From positions 62,746,001 to 62,810,000 of the forward strand of contig CM059432.1 in assembly GCA_030390025.1 (NCBI GenBank): a DNA stretch of 64,000 nucleotides, in the 5' to 3' direction. Source of the stretch: Squalus acanthias. Lineage: Eukaryota. Under the pieces are notes generated by a model. The model ran no database searches and was not told the origin of the DNA. It was given only the letters and a program-made list of their open reading frames with translations. The position numbers and the translations under genes were made by a program. Of the stretch, positions 39,221 to 51,385 are shown piece after piece; position 1 is the first letter of the stretch; the number at the start of each line of letters is the position of its first letter.

Positions 39221-39585
39221 CAGGAAACTCTCTTTTAACCGGCACCCAAATAACCGGAAATCTCTCTTAACCGGCAAAATTCTTGAGTAGGTAACCGGGG
39301 TTTTCCTTCATCTCTCCTTTAAAAATAACTTTGAAAAAACCCCCCGAGGCGTTTGCCTTATATCGGAGCGTGTAGATTGGGAGGGGAATGTGCAGCCCGG
39401 GTAGGCAGCGGACACGACAGATGGTCAGCTGGCGGTCCCCGGGGAGACGGAGCTCTGAATGCAGGCGCATGTCAGTGTGTACGGGGCTCTCGTACGTTGG
39501 GAGATATAACTCTCCGTTATCCGGACTTTTTGATTAACCGGCACCACGCCGGTCCCGTCGGTGCCGGTTAATAAAGAGTTTCCTG
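39221..39585. mobile_element. Tc1/pogo (Tigger-like) MITE
   Basis: ~26-bp TIR CAGGAAACTCT..TTAACCGGCACC, TA TSD on both sides. Confidence 0.85.
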
Positions 39586-41556
39586 TAGTTACAGATCACC
39601 TGATATTTTCAATTATTTTTTTAATTTGTAAGGGGGCGTGGTTAGGGGAGGGGCCTCTCAGGTCAGGGGATTTCCTTGACCCCAGCCTGGTAGAACATCG
39701 GTGGACTGGTATGCCAAGTGAGACCAGGCTTACTAGGCCACCATCTGATGGAAGTGGGGCCCACCTGGGTGGGTCCAAGCCAGGGTTGTGGCCTGGACCC
39801 CTGAAGGCTATTAACATTTTAAAAGATTTATAGCCCCCTTACAAAGGGGAGTCGATAAGCAAACTATGGCAATGTTTCCGTGTAGGGCCCTCCATCCTCA
39901 TGCATTGGGCACCCTTTGCTAGGATTCCTGACCTTCCTCTTCTGGTGGGCATCCGAGATGCACCACTAGTACCGTGGGTGCTTGCCTAGAATATTAATAT
40001 TAAGCGACCTTCTCCTGACCCCACATACTTTGGTGGAGACAGCACCAGAGGTCACAGGTGGGCTCATCCTGGCACTTACATTAAAATGTCAGGCTTATGG
40101 GTTTTCAAGCCACACAACTCAAGCCATGATCTCAACCCATGCCTTGCCCCTATTCTGCCTCCTATCCAGTTTTTGATTTGGCAGAAAATGTCATCCGAGC
40201 ATTTCTGCTAACTTTACTAGATTGATTGATGTAGGAAGTGGAAAAGTACACATTGGTGAGGTAGGGGATCATTTACTGAGGTTGAGCACATTAATGAGGC
40301 AAAGGAGACGAGCTCTGACTATGCATGTGGTCATGCTTGACCTGATCTGCGGAGTGCTTGTTGATGTCACTGGATACCAAAGTGTAAAAATATTCCATTC
40401 GATACCACAAATGCCCCTCCCCCGTGTTAGTGAGCACAAACATCAGCCTCCCTCTGAAGCAAAAACAATGTAAAGAAAAAAATTGAGACAGGACAATTTT
40501 TTGTGTTGCCCAACGGATTGTCTGGCTGATATTTTTACAACATTCCTGTGAACATACTCCATACTCATGCTATCGTGAATCTTTTAGTCCACTTTATTTA
40601 TCTTTTTTACCACTTGGAATAATGATGTGGAGTCTCTAAATCAAAGCAACGACTCACTTGTATAGCTCAAAATGTCATATACGAAATTACAGAGCAGATA
40701 TTGTTAATAAAGTGTGTTTAAAATGTAACTTGAGTCTCGCACTACATTTTATACTTGGGTCATTTCAACCCTAAATATGAATGCTGCTCTCTGTGGATGT
40801 TTAAATGCAACTCCACTGAGTTAAACGCTTTTCGGAGCTTGCAACCTCTGTTTACAGTCTCTATAAAGTTCTTAACTCAGTAGAGTTACATTTAATCATG
40901 CTTAAATATTCTAGACAGTGGCCTAACGTCTGTTTTAGAACCCTGATGTCAAATTCAACAAAAGTTGGGCTGAACATACGGTGTGCACGCTCCACTTAGT
41001 TTTTCCGTGCCAACTGTGGTTAATTGGAAGTCCTTAAAAGGACCGACAGAGGCTGCCGAAGGACAGGTAAGCTTAGTTTTTGTATTTCATGTGGAGCTAG
41101 GAGGAGCAGGAGTGCTTCTTCTGGCTGCACATCAGTTCTACAGCCTACTGCTAGCCCGCGCTCACCCCTGGTGACAGAATAGAGTTTCATCCCTCTCATT
41201 TAGATTTCATGATTTACTGCAATGGCATATGATGTTCATAGAGATTCGCTTTATATCATCCCCCCAGGACGTAGCTGTAATCTGGCTCGGCTTCGGAGCT
41301 GGCCAATTTTGCACAAGCCCCCAACTGGCAAGCTGCATCGGGACACCCGAGTGGCATCCGCAGCTCACCCGTATCACGTAGCTGTGCCCGAAGGCCCAGT
41401 TTCCAGCGAGACTCCACTGCTCTGCACTGCTTTCTTCTTTGGTTTACTTGTTAGATGCTTTCCAAAATTTTGTATGAGAAAACTGGAGATAAAAGTAAAA
41501 TGAGAATATTCTAAGGATTTGAAAAGACAAACCACAATTGTTGGAAATATGAAATA

Positions 41557-41818
41557 CAGGAATCCCGCCCCAACCGCGGTTTTGCCATACGCGGATTTCA
41601 CGTATACACGGTTTCCACTCTGCGACAATTTTTGCCAACCGCGGCAGTGAAATCCGCGGTTTTTAATTTAGGAATAAGGTAAATAACAGGATTTTTATGC
41701 TATTTATATGCTTTTTATATGCTTTTTTATTGTGTTTATACTGAATTTGCCAACCGCGGTTTTACTAACCACGGGGGTTTTCAGGGACGTTCCCCCCGCG
41801 GTTGGGGAGGGATCCCTG
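41557..41818. mobile_element. Tc1/pogo (Tigger-like) MITE
   Basis: TIR CAGG(A/G)ATCCC(G/T)CCCCAACCGCGG, TA TSD, internal AACCGCGG repeats. Confidence 0.85.
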
Positions 41819-42212
41819 TATACCGCAAATCAGTCAACATCTGAAAAAGACAGAGCTTAATGCTTTGGGTGGGGATTTTCATGAGAACTCCTGAGCTGCA
41901 CTTCTAATGAAGCGTCCCGAACAAAGTATTAACTTGCCTTTCTGATGTTGAGCTGCTGTGTATTTTCAGTTCTTCTCTTTATGTTTTGCAGTAGGGTTTC
42001 ACATATTGCCCAATAAAGCAACCAGATAGTTTAAAAAAATTATCTACATCTGAAGAATGCTGATCAGAAAATTTAACTTGTAATGTCATGGCATTTTTAT
42101 GAACTATTGAGCAAGGTTCTTCATGTAAGCATTTTACTGTCTGTATAACAAAAATAAAGTCATATATAATGCAGTCCAATTAACATAAATTGGATTATTT
42201 TGCTCTATTTTG

Positions 42213-42462
42213 AAGAGCAGGGGAGTTCTCCCCGGTGTCCTGGCCAATATTTATTCCTCAATCAACAAAACAGAAACAGATTATCTGGTCATTATCATGT
42301 TGCTGTTTGTGGGAGCTTGCTGTGCGCAATTGGCTGCCGCATTTCCCACATTACAACAGTGACTCCACTTCAAAAAAAAAGTTTTTCATTGGCTGTAAAA
42401 CGCTTTGAGATGTCCGGTGGTGGTGAAAGGTGCTATATAAATGCAAGTCTGTCTTTCTTTCT
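42213..42462 (+). mobile_element. Deu-type SINE 3' half
   Basis: Reverse-complement match to 10275-10515. Confidence 0.7.
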
Positions 42463-43139
42463 TTATTTTAAAAAGAAGTGATGCTTTTAATTTATGGAAT
42501 ATTCACATTCAAAACAGGACAACAAGTCATTTATCCCCACAGAATAAAACATTCATCTTTTTCAAAGAACACGAGATGCAGAAACAGCTTGTTCAGTGTT
42601 TATATTTCTGTACATGAAAGGATCTCTTTTATTGTTTTCACTTGTGACCACTTCAGCTTCCAAGAATTTTGTTCTTGTGACTCGTCAAGGCACAGGGTCA
42701 TGCAGCTTGCCGGCAGGCCTCAGCCCAAGGTCCAGGATTCCCTCCTTTTCCTTCCCAGTATTGTCCTGCATCCTGCAGGGCCGTTCTCCTTCTCTACCGC
42801 TCCTGTCGTGACAAGAATGACTGGTGCACAGCACATGTGGACACAACAGTGACAAACCTTGGTTTACTGCCAAAATGTAATTATTACAGCATGACTACAG
42901 AAACTTGAATCAAGGTTTGCAGAAGGTGTATGCTGCTCTAAACATATCACATCCTGTGAAGAAACCCTTCTTCTGTTTCACTAATTAAATCTACATATGA
43001 ACCAGGCACAAACTGGTCTAATAAATCTCCATTAAAATTATGCTTGAAGTAAAATGGATTGAAATTAAACTATGTGATAATAGTTACACATGCTGAAATT
43101 CTTTTTGCTATTTTAACAAAGGTGCCAACTCATTTAAAA

Positions 43140-45760
43140 TAAATGGCTTAAATGGTTGGAGGACTGGAGGAGGTTCAAGAGATATGTGGGGGGGGGGGGG
43201 GGGGGGGGGGAGGCCATGGAGGAATTTAAATGCAAGGTTCAGAATTTTAAACTTGAGGCAATGGGGGAACTGGAAGCCAGTGTGTGTCAATGATGGAGGG
43301 GTGATGGACAAGGGGGACATAAAATACAGGCAGCAAAGTTTTAGATGAGCTGAAGTTTATGGTAGATTGAGGCTAGGAGGCCGGCCAGGAAAGAATTGGA
43401 GTATCAGGTCTGGAGATGACAGAGGCGTGAACAGTCTTTGTGATGGAGAAGATATCGGGTATGAAGCTCAGCTCAGGGTCAAACAGGATGACAAGCTTGT
43501 GAACAGTCTGTCTCAGAATTACACAGTGGCCAGGGAGGCTCAGTAGCAATGATAGAGAGAAGATGATGGTCGCGATTTCCCCTACCTCGGTGGGTTCGGT
43601 GCGGCTGGGGTCAGTGGTGGGTCCCGACCTCGCTGCTGGCTCCACCCTGCTCTGTGAAATGATTTTACGATTATTGGGCTTGTTAAGCCCACCCAGCACA
43701 TTTCCTGGCCATTTGAAGGAAGCGGGTCTGATGACGTCATTTGATGACGCATCATCAGCCAGTTTCCTTAAAGGGACCGTGCGCAAATTGATTTTGACAG
43801 TAGTGCTGTCAGTATTCTACAGCATTGAGGTGCTGCAAACACTGATGAGCACTGCACAAAGGTGCACGGCTGCATCCAGGCTCTCCCATGACTCCCTCCA
43901 TATGCTTATGGAGGGAATCACAGCATGCAGGGAGTTCCTCTTCCCTTCCAATTGGCAGAAGAGACCTCCCCAGGACACCAACGCAGCCTGGTTGCACATT
44001 GCGCAGGAGGGCACAAGCAGGGATGTCGTCAGGAGGATCTGGCTGCAGTGGCGCAAACCTTTCAATGATCTCAGTAGATCACAAAACGATACTGCAAAGC
44101 CACACTCAACCTCACCCTGCTGTGCCTCTCATCACATCCCCATCGCTCTGCCTTCCCTACCCTACTCCTGCACATCCTTACTCACACCAACTTACCTTGC
44201 ACCTCCATCCATCCCTCTCTATCTACATTATCACTTCCCCATCTCAATAGCCACCCCTCACACTCACCCTCATCCTAGTCCAATCATACCAACTAACAAC
44301 ACAGTGTTTTATGCAATGTTCATGTGAAGTTTCTGTAATGTGCTGTCAAACATTGAAATCTTTATTTTCAACACTTTGTGTTCTTGGACAGATTTATGTG
44401 CACCTTTGGAAGTGGCTTAGTGAGTTGCAGTGAATAGTGAGACATAATGGTACCCCCTGCAATGGTCATGAGTGTGAAAAGAATGGCTTGGGCATTGTAG
44501 GGATGCTTTATGGTGTGGTGTGGGGTGGTGCCAACCTGGTGCATCATGTGGCAGCCAGGGTGTACAGCATCAAGTGAAGTAAATCTGGCCATGGTGAGGC
44601 CATCCCTGGTGCCCCGGACAGCAATGTGGTTGGGTGCTGATGCCCTGTGTTCTTTGCAATCAACTGATGCTGCACAGAAGGTTGGTGTTGTTGTTGGTGC
44701 TGCTGGTGTGTCTGGTGCTGCTGGTGTTGGGGCTGATCGTGGTGGGATTCTGAGGACCAAGGTGAGATAGTTTCAAGGGCACTGATGTTGATGTAATAGA
44801 TGGCAGGTGAAGTTGAGATGACAGAAGCGATCTGTCAATGGTGAGAGGTTGTTCCAATGAGGTGATACTGGATACAGAGTTTACTTCAAACACTTGCAAC
44901 CTGCATAAAGCTCATTCTGTCTTCCAAATCCAGTAAGCAACAGCTTCTGAACTTGGAAAGTGAACAGCTGTGAGATGGGAGCTTTTATAGCACATTTGCA
45001 GCTCTCAAGTAAAGAGATCATTTCATGGTAACAACTCCCGATCTCCTTACCTGACGTGGACCCCGTGGGCGACCTTGTAAAATTTAAAACTGAGCTCAAA
45101 ATACTTTTTAAGTTGCTCTTAACAAGGTCGTAATGACCTGAATTACCTCCCCTGCCGCTGCGTATCGGGTCTGTTCAGCTTTGACAGACCCGACATCTGG
45201 GAAAGTCTCATGGTGGCGGGTTGACAGCGGGTTCCCGACCTGCTGTCAAAAAAATTTGTTCCCACCCAATCTGCCACCAAATGTGCCTGCTGACTCCCCC
45301 CCGATGTCTTCAATCTTTCTAATACTGCCTCTGTGCTGAATTCAGAGAGGTGATGGATAGGTAGAGTTGAATGTCGTCAGTGTACATGTAGAAACTGTCT
45401 GCGGATGATGTCACCAAGGGGCAGCATGGGGAAGAGGAGGAGGGCAAGGATGGATCTTTGGAGGGACACTGGAGGTGATGGTATAGGGGTGGGAATAGAG
45501 GCTATTGCTGGAAATGCTTTAACTGTAATTTGATAGATAAATATGGAACAAAAGAAGGGCAGTTCTACTGAGGTGGAAAGTGGAAAAGACACGTTGGAGG
45601 CTGCGGAGAGGTCGAGGAGAACGAGGAGGGACAATGCACCATGGTCACAGTGACAGATAATGCCATTCATGACTTATCTTAGGGCAGTTTCAAAGAGCTT
45701 TGGGAGGGGCAGAAACACGATTGGACGGATTCAACAGCAAGTTGTGGGAAAGATGGCCAT
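43140..45760 (-). mobile_element. Old L2 LINE (pieces 43140-43560 and 45305-45760) split by a Harbinger derivative
   Basis: LKFKILNLAFKFLHGL, LVLLDLSAA and MLPLGDIIRR peptides. Confidence 0.75.
43568..45300. mobile_element. Internally deleted Harbinger with Myb exon 1 remnant (+, ~43844-44080)
   Basis: RLSHDSLHMLMEGI..LFP..AAWLHIAQE..WLQWRKPFNDL; GGTCGCGATTT left end; right end unclear. Confidence 0.7.
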
Positions 45761-45871
45761 GTCTCCCCAATCTCTATGTCCCATGATTTTTCCCTCTCTC
45801 ACTCATGATTTCACTTTCACTCTGCTGATCTCTTTTTCTCTCCGCGATCTCGCCCCCTTTATCTCACACCC

Positions 45872-46050
45872 TTTGTAGGATCGGGGTGGGGATCGTGGAA
45901 GATGGTGGCGGAGGAGCCGGAGTCGACCAACATCAATTGTTGACGGCCTCCAGGATCAACAGTGCGGACTACCGGCCTCCCATTACCATCATATCGGAGA
46001 GGGGAAGTTACCTCCCCCGAGAGGGCTGTGGGAGTCACAGGGAAGGTGGA
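45872..46050 (-). pseudogene. pro: Retroviral aspartic protease N-terminal fragment
   Basis: VTSPLRYDGNGRPVVRTVDPGGRQQLMLVDSGSSATIF in the -1 frame relative to gag; LVDSG active-site motif. Confidence 0.8.
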
Positions 46051-46785
46051 AACGAATCCGTCGACTCGGGATGCTGATATGCTGCAGCAACCGGTCGGGC
46101 TCCCAGTCCGATGGTCAAAGTCCCTATGGCTGACTCCACTCTCTCTAGTCGCTGTACGACCAAGTCAGGGCCTGCCGGTCTTGGGGGGTTGTTGTTGCAT
46201 TGACGGGCATAGTGGCCTAGATGGTGGCAGATGCAGCAACGCACCGAGGCACCTTTTCCTGACGCGGGAGTTTTGGACGGCCCTGACTTTGGGTTAGGCA
46301 GTGGGCCTTTGACGGCCGCTACTGTAGCTTTATCAGGTGTCCCAGGGATATTGGCACAGGTCTGATCCCAAGCAGTTCTGGCATGGGTGCGTACTTGTTC
46401 CCATGGGATGTCTTTGGAGACGTAAACGCCCAGCGCGTTACGGACCAATGGTTGGAGGCCGTTCAAAAAAAGGGTTTTGAAGCCTGGGGAGTTAAAATAG
46501 TTCCCTCTACCACCTCTAGTGCGCTGGAAAATGTCATGGAGTTTATGCGCGAAGGCATTCAAGCTTTCGGTAGGGCTCTGTTTGGTGCTAGTTAGGACCT
46601 GGTGGAAGTCGATACCCTCTACCCCTAGTGCTTAGCATAATTCTACCTCAAGATCCTCTATCATGCCCTCTGCCAGAATGTCCTGATCCATTTCTTGCTT
46701 TAATTCTGTTTAAGGTCATTCCCTTCTAGTTCCGGATGGGTAATCTTAAAAATCCTCCACCGCTGCCTGTGGTCGAGGGGGATGA
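46035..46785 (-). pseudogene. gag: Gag C-terminal half (capsid MHR + zinc knuckle)
   Basis: KQSPTESLNAFAHKL (MHR-like), FLNGLQP, CCICHHLGHYARQC (CX2CX4HX4C); stop and frameshift upstream. Confidence 0.88.
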
Positions 46786-46794
46786 TTAATGAGC

Positions 46795-47180
46795 AGTTAA
46801 TGAGGACACCAGCCTATCTCCTCACTCCATCCCTCACCCCACTTCTGCAGGGGGCGGCCAACCAGAAATGGTTAGGGTCAATGATGGAACACATTCAGAA
46901 AACGAATCAGTTCGTGGCCCAACATACCAGGAAAAGCCAACAACAGATAAAAAAATACTTTGACAAATAGGTTCGGCCTTTTGAGTATCAGGTGGGAGAC
47001 GTGGTCAAGGTCCTAAACTACCAAAGAAAGGAACATGCCTTTGAATCCAAGTGGGTGGGACCTTGCCCAATCATAGACCGAGCCAGCCCCACTGTATACC
47101 TGATCCAGATCCCGGATAAGAAGGGGAGGAAGAGACCCAGGTGGTACCACATCAATCAGTTAAAAACTGCAAAAGAATAA
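46795..47180 (+). pseudogene. pol: Integrase C-terminal region
   Basis: MRTP..KKYFDK*VRPFEYQVGDVVKV..KWVGPCPII..SPTVYLI..WYHINQLK (GPY/F-type module). Confidence 0.85.
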
Positions 47181-47906
47181 ATATTCCACAATTTCTGTTT
47201 GCAGGTCGGCACGTGGAATGGCCCCACTCAGGATCATGGTGGAACTGACAGCACTCATCGGCATCATCCAGCCAATGGTCATCATCGTGAAGTGAGGATC
47301 ATTCCTGCGGCCTACTAATGCGACCACACAGAACAACCAGGATGACGCTTGGGCTATCCCGGAAGACGGGTGTAATATGACTATCTTTTGTAATTACTGT
47401 GGCTGGGAAAGAACCAGCGCCGACAAACCACCTGTGATACAGGTACAGGAGGGAGAAGGGTTGAAGGGTTGAAGGCAGCCAATGCACTAAAAATTATATC
47501 GGAGTAACACCAAGGTTTCAACTAGGAAAAGGGAAGTGGGAAGACTTAGGGGTAGAAATTAGGTCGCGCCCCATTTGGGGCGCAAATATCGTCCGGACGC
47601 AAATATTAGCGCCTGGCGCTAATTATCGGCACTGACAGGAAACTTCACTTTTACCGCCCCGGGAGGTGAGTGGAGCGCTAAAGCAGGCGCTGCACACCTG
47701 TCTTAAGGCGCCAAGGCCAAGGAGTGAGGCGCTAACTCAGCGCGCGAGCGCAGCGCAGGTGCTGCCAGTTAGCGAGGGAACACAGACACACTGGCGCCGG
47801 ACACTTCTTAAAGCGGGGGGGGCCACTTGCTCCCCAGCCACACCCTGCTCATTGCAGCCTTGAATCTCAGCCTGGAGAGACCTGTGAATCCATTTTGCTG
47901 CCAAGC

Positions 47907-48964
47907 ATGGAGAGGGTGAGAGAACGCGCTTATCGCTTCACCGAGCGGGCCTTGGATGCTCTGGTTGACGCAGTGGAGCGCAGACGATATATGCTCTTCC
48001 CTGAGAGTGGCAGGAGGCCTTTGCCATGCGAGTTCAGAAGAGTGTGGAGGGAGGTGGCTCAGAGCGTCTCCTCCAGGAGCATGGTGCCCAGGACCCATAC
48101 TCAATGCCGCAAAAAGTTCAACGACCTCACTCGGGTCGTCAGGGTGAGTGGCTTTTTCTCAATACCTCTCCATCCCTCCATCTCAACCTCACTCTATGGC
48201 CAGAGGGTCTTAAAACCCCAATGCACAACACTCATCCAACACCTATGGCCCTTTCATGAAACACACACACACATTCCACACTTTGCATACAGTAAGGGCT
48301 ATTCACCTATGGGAGGCACATCAGGCAAGACCATGGCTGCATACAGTAAGGGCTATTCACCTATGGGAGGCACATCAGGCAAGACCATGGCTGTATATTT
48401 ACGCAGATGCTGTCCTTTTTCTTGCAGGCTAAGCTGGCTCATAATAGGAGACAGCAGCAACGGACAGGTGGAGGGCGGCCTCAGCTGCAACCCCTCAGCG
48501 ATCTGGAGGAGCGCGTCCACAGGATTGTGGCAAGCCGGGTGATCGGTCCCGTCGCCACTGGAGACGCCGACCCCGTTGTGGACAGCAATGGTAAGGTCAT
48601 CACCTTTTTGTCCTCTGTCCTTCCACTTGTCCCTCACAACACCAGCCTTTGACACTTTCAATCCAACTTGCTAACTCGCTGCACTTATTCCTCCCTTACT
48701 GCCACCCTGTCCTCACGCTAAAGCCACTCTTGTACCTCCCTGCTTTCAGATGGTGATTCACCAGCTGAGGAGACGGGCCCTGAAGCTGCCACTGGGAGTG
48801 ATGCTGCAGCCGAGGAGGAAGAGGAAGCCAGAGCATCAGTGCCACCCTCTCCCGAGGAAGCCCATGCCCACACTCAATTTCCGCTCCGGGGCGCCCCAAG
48901 GGCGTTGCACCATGGAATGACGTCACAATCTGCGCGCGCAGGTGGTCGCAGCGGTAAGCTTTAG
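47907..48964 (+). CDS. Myb/SANT-like DNA-binding protein, predicted 204 aa (exons 47907-48143, 48428-48590, 48750-48964)
   Basis: MERVRERAYRFTERALDALVDAV..WREVAQSV..RTHTQCRKKFNDL | AKLAHNRRQQQRTGGG; canonical GT-AG introns; frame open to TAG at 48962-48964. Confidence 0.7.
48286..48393 (+). repeat. Exact 54-bp tandem duplication in Myb intron 1
   Basis: CATACAGTAAGGGCTATTCACCTATGGGAGGCACATCAGGCAAGACCATGGCTG x2. Confidence 0.95.
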
Positions 48965-49744
48965 CGCCGCCGCACAATCTCAAGTTAAGTTCTCGAGCGG
49001 CGCAAACATCGCTGCGCCCGGGCATTAGCGGCTTAACGCCCCATTAGCGCCCTCTTAAGGCGCTAACGGGAGGCGCAACCAAGTGAATTTTTACCCCTTA
49101 GGGTTCGGACTCATGGATTCGGTAAGAATCACCCCAAAGGGTGTGGGGATCCCATACCTAGGACAACACCAGGACACACTAAACTGGCCAAAGATGAGTA
49201 AGAGACATCAAGGGATGATGGGATGTTTTAATACCGACCCCCTGGGTAGGAACCATCCAGGCACTAGGCAAGGAGAGATCCAGCAAATTAAGATATGGAA
49301 AAAGGAAGGCCAGGGAAGGAATAGCACCAGGGAAGGAATAGCACCAGATTAGAAGAATGTCCACTGCTAGAAAAAGGGCCAGCAAGTGGATTAGTGCTCA
49401 CCCGCACTTATAAGCAGCTGTACAACAATGTAAGATACAAAATAGTGCCTGTCCTACTCCACTTCAGGAACATTCCCCTCCCGCAGGGACTATGCCCAAC
49501 GGAGTACTGAGCATACTTTGATCAGCTAGTAGAAAAGACGGTGAAGGATTTCATGGCAAAGAATCAGGCACGAGACAATTAGGGATCATGGAATGAGAAG
49601 GGGATGCCAGCAGAGGCAAATATGACAGAGGCCAGAAAGAGACAAAGAAAGAGAACGGGATTGGGGGAATGGATTGGAATTGGGGCGGCTGCAGGAACTG
49701 CCACCTGGAATCGGGTTGATGTAGAGAACATGTGGGAACACATT

Positions 49745-50505
49745 GGCCCAGAAATTCGGGTTGGAGGCTTCCCGCGGGCGCAAGCCCCCGACCTGCACTT
49801 ACATAGCGCGCCTGCCGTTGTGCTGTGGGCCCGCGTGGGATTCTGATCCTGGGTCTCCTCCAGCTGCCGGTGTGCAGTGCTCGCGTATCCCAGGGGCGCA
49901 ACTAGTTCGCTCCATCCCCTGGGATCACGTGGTCCATGGGGAGCCAGTCGGAGCAGGGAATCTCCATTCATAGATTTGACAGGAAGACCTGTCAAATCTA
50001 TGAATAGAGATCGGCCCCAAAACCGAAGTAAAACTTCAAATAAATTTTTAAAAAAATCACATTTTTAAAATAACTATAAATTACATAAATTAACTATTTT
50101 AAACAAAAATTTAAATTTTTGAAAAATGTATTTAAGTTTTTAACGGGCTAAAAATAAACTTACCTTTCTTTAAAGTATTTAAAAATGATAAACCTGTGGA
50201 AAAAATGTTTCAATTTTACTTAATTCACCTCTTACCTTGTTAAAAGCAGGCCTTGCGCCTACTTTTTCCACGAGCAGCTGCTAGGGACTTATCCGCACAG
50301 AGAAACATGTAAAAAAAGCGGAAGTTCCAGGTCTACGCGCTGCCTCTCCTGCGCATGCGGTTGACCCGCGAACCCCTTCCTTCGCGAGACCGGAAGTTCC
50401 GGTTTCCCGTGCATGCGCAGTGCATGCGCGAAACCGGCACTTCCGGTGGCCCTACGGGTGAGTACACAGTGCGTACTCACCCATGGAGATCCGAATTTCT
50501 GGGCC
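49745..50505 (-). mobile_element. ~760-bp Harbinger-type MITE in env
   Basis: Perfect TIR GGCCCAGAAATTCGG; flanks ATT/AAT (imperfect TSD; removal restores the env frame EHNEALRKQL). Confidence 0.88.
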
Positions 50506-51385
50506 AATGAGGCATTGAGGAAGCAATTAAAAGGGATCCTGTCAGGAATAAATAAAGAGGGACGGGATGTAATCCAGGAACTGTCCCAAAATCTCCTGAC
50601 AGTAAGAGACGAGGTAAAGGTGTTTCAGCAAATAGAGAAAACGGTTGATGAGGTCATCAAGGATAAGGGAGAAGCAGAATGGAACATATCCAAGGCTATA
50701 GTCTGTTCTGTCTACGGGAGTTATATGCTCGACCAGATAATGAATGGACTCAGCGATATAGGAGGCAATCGGATTCCGTCTTCATAAATGATAGCCTGAT
50801 TAACGGGTGGTTTGCCATGCACAATGACACCAGAGGAGCCAGACAGCACGGGCTATCTTACTTAGTTAAGGGAACGGGGTTCAGGATACCATGGTGCCGG
50901 TAGTCTTGTGGCTACCTCGCTTCCAGACAGAAAATGAATGGGAAGTATTCAAGGTAGAATCCATAGGGACTTTGGACCAGGATATCCATACATCATATGA
51001 AACTCCCCCCCCCTGATTTTGATCAACCAGGATCAGACCTGGGATAACCCAAACACTGAGTGCTGCTCCGACCGAGGAGGAGCCTATTTATGCCACTGTG
51101 ACGTAAGGAATCCGGGACAGCCAGCCTGTGGCTTCACCCTGGACTCAGGATCGCTCACTGTGCAACATGAGCGTCCAGCAGTGGGGGAGAAATAATGTGA
51201 AGTATGCGTACCTCCACGTGGGAAAGCACTGCGTCACAACCAATGCCAGGACAATGAAATATGGGAACAAGGAATGTCCCATCCGGGACTCTACCTTCTG
51301 TTTTAAGCCTACGCAAACAACTAGGATAGGGAGCCATGTCCTATTTCCCATTTTTGACCCACAACATCACAGAACTTAGAATTAT

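Larger units (their letters stand above)
47549..49097 (+). mobile_element. Non-autonomous Harbinger carrying only the Myb/SANT gene, 1549 bp
   Basis: TIRs GGGGTAGAAATT / AATTTTTACCCC, TSD TTA; ends homologous to 12096-12988. Confidence 0.92.
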
